Part shown: piece after piece, positions 31,620 to 33,763 of the stretch
Layout: each line of letters starts with the position of its first letter
How positions within the stretch are numbered: position 1 is the first letter of the stretch
From: Guillardia theta CCMP2712
Lineage: Eukaryota; Protista; Cryptophyta
Reading direction: 5' to 3'
Assembly (NCBI RefSeq): GCF_000315625.1
Contig: NW_005434663.1
Coordinates: 1,064,360 to 1,098,122 of the forward strand
Length of the DNA stretch: 33,763 nt
The notes under the pieces: generated by a model
Databases searched by the model: none
The model's input: only the letters and a program-made list of their open reading frames with translations
What the model was told of the DNA's origin: nothing
Position numbers and translations under genes: made by a program

Positions 31620-33763
31620 GATCATTCGTGTAAAGTGTGGCTGCTTCGAGAAGATGATCGCTGAATCTATCCCAGAGAATGTCTTTATTTTGAATTTTTT
31701 CAGGCTCACGACACTTTCTGCTAAGGATTTCTCACATTCTCTTAAAAGTTTTCGCAGCACAACAGAGTGAAAATATTTTACACAGCATAACAGTGAAAAA
31801 TCCTGATGAGAAAAGAAGGGGCAAATGTATATAAGAAAAAGACACTCAACCCTTATTGAAATGAAGTGTGCGAGGCTGAAAGGTGTTTTAGCAAGCTGCA
31901 GGATATACTTCTTTATTGACTGAGTGAAAAAGAAACTTCCTTCACCCGCATGCAACGACAAGTCATCATGGTGAGAGGCTTCGAATCTATTGCTGCTTGA
32001 ATGTGGATGAGAATTTAATCGTCTAATGTATCCATGTAGATAGACTAAGACCTTTTCTTAGTCTCTGACTTTGAAAGAAAGTTTTGAATTCCGCTTCTCT
32101 TACATGGCTGCATGACAGAGAAAGCTGTCTAGGAATGAAGATGTCTTTAGAATACATTGCAAAAGATGAATACACCTTTTCTGCTCTCTTATTCGTTGTT
32201 TCAAGCATGAGAGCCGTATGTACGAGGATTCAGAGAGGAAGTATGGTTTACAATGCTGCACCATCAGTTTGCAAATGAGGTGCTTTCATGCACTCCAATC
32301 TTGCAAATATGCTAGAAACATTCAAGTATTTGCAGTTCAGATCCTCAAAAGCAACATCTTCACATTGGTTCTGCTTGAGCATGCATTCAAAATGCTCAAG
32401 GATCAACATGCTCCACGTAGCTGCGGCGACATGGAAAGTCTGTTTCAACCACAGGATGAGAATCCTACAGCAATCAATGTGGCTTACTAGAGCTACAAGC
32501 ATACATTGTGCATAATTAGGTTTATTTGCAACTTTTTGATGTATCTCTGCTATGCAGGCACAACGAAGAAACCAATGTGAGGCTTATTGTGCTGACCATT
32601 GCGCATGTATTTGATGCTACTTGCGGTTGTCATTGTAATTAGATTGTTGCAAAGAATGATACCTCATGAATGTATAAAGATTTCTGCAATCAGATCACTA
32701 CCACTTGTGATGTCGATCCCAAGCTTACAGTGAGTCGGAATGGTCTACAGGGGAAGTGATGTTTTCATCATCATTCAACCCCTGCATGCATTCTGCATTT
32801 ATGTGAAATGAAAGAAGATACAGAAATGCTCTTTAGCATGGCCTCGAATGCAAGACTGAGATCACTTTATTTCACAATAGAACAAATAATACATGTGTGC
32901 ATACTGTGTTGACGGTTCAAATGTCCGACATCACAGCTAGATAAACGCTCAAAACTAATCCCACGCATCAAGAAATCAACACACTCTGCAAATCTCAGAA
33001 GTGGAGACTCTCGACGGTGTTCAAGGCTTAAGATGTCTTGATTGCCTCTGGCGGCATCAGTGTTTACATGCAATCAAACATCCTCACTGCAGTAGGCGAA
33101 ATGCATGCAGAAATCTTGTGAAACAATCTATGCAATGCTTGATGTCTAATATAACAAGTGAGCTTGACTAATTACGTGGATCTGCAACATGATGCAATCT
33201 CCATCAAACAAATCTTCAAGGCATCGCATGTGGAAAATATGCAATTCAAAAATCATTCATCGCAGGTAAGTATCTTATGATTATTCTGAGCTGCCATAAG
33301 GTCGGTGTCAAGTCAAAATGACAAGCGATCTCCTACACTGGATTCAAACCTCATGTTTTCATCATCTTGTTCTTCATAATAACCTTTTGAACCATGGATC
33401 TCACAACGCCATTGCTGCACACTCTGTTGTCACCGAACGCATCACCACGAACCTAGCGGTCTCAGGTCTCAAACTGTGCTGACTAGAGAGCTTCAAACCT
33501 AACAAAGCCTTGCATGCTGAGATCTGATGCTGGCTACAGCAGCGGATGGTCTTACAGCGGCATCGTTGGAGGAGCAGCTTTGGTGCTACGTGCCGGCGTG
33601 TAGGGGAGACATGAGTCGGGCGTGTACGAGGTTGAAAACATTTCAACCCTCTGAAATGAAAGTTAAAATACATGTAAAGGCCTAGCAGAAATGATAACTA
33701 AACTGCACTACTGGTACTCTTTGGAGGTATCTCTTGCTGCCGTTGAAAACTTGTTTGAATTGC
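31620..33763 (-). other. AT-rich region with scattered possible minus-strand exons; product not recognised
   Basis: Splice-like signals flank short frames (e.g. RVEMFSTSYTPDSCLPYTPARSTKAAPPTMPL|GTAAG), but I could not build a coherent model. Confidence 0.25.

Overview
Intron-rich eukaryotic nuclear DNA with short introns, CT/GA-rich simple repeats and a 100-N gap. The style fits a cryptophyte alga such as Guillardia theta (inference, not proven). Gene models were spliced by eye. In order: (1) a truncated copy of a K+-selective voltage-gated cyclic-nucleotide-binding-domain (CNBD) channel, joined at 3755/3756 to the 3' part of an unrelated acidic gene; 1-3755 is a near-identical direct copy of 8745-12498. 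(2) A CFAP97/KIAA1430-family flagellar gene (-). (3) The intact channel gene (+). (4) A secreted Cys-rich protein (-). (5) A CTDSPL2-like DxDxT phosphatase (-). (6) A BTB-ankyrin protein (+). (7) A probable plastid-targeted PPR protein (-). (8) A Crinkler/RHS-type NTPase + restriction-endonuclease-fold protein with a signal peptide, an ubiquitin-tail-like LGIRGG motif and a coiled coil (+). (9) Tail-to-tail with it and invisible in the ORF track, a frameshifted relic of a probable Fanzor/TnpB-like RNA-guided nuclease, with a PHD-like finger upstream and hairpins (candidate omegaRNA) downstream (-). All three head-to-head spacers carry GGGGT/GGGTAGGG-rich elements.
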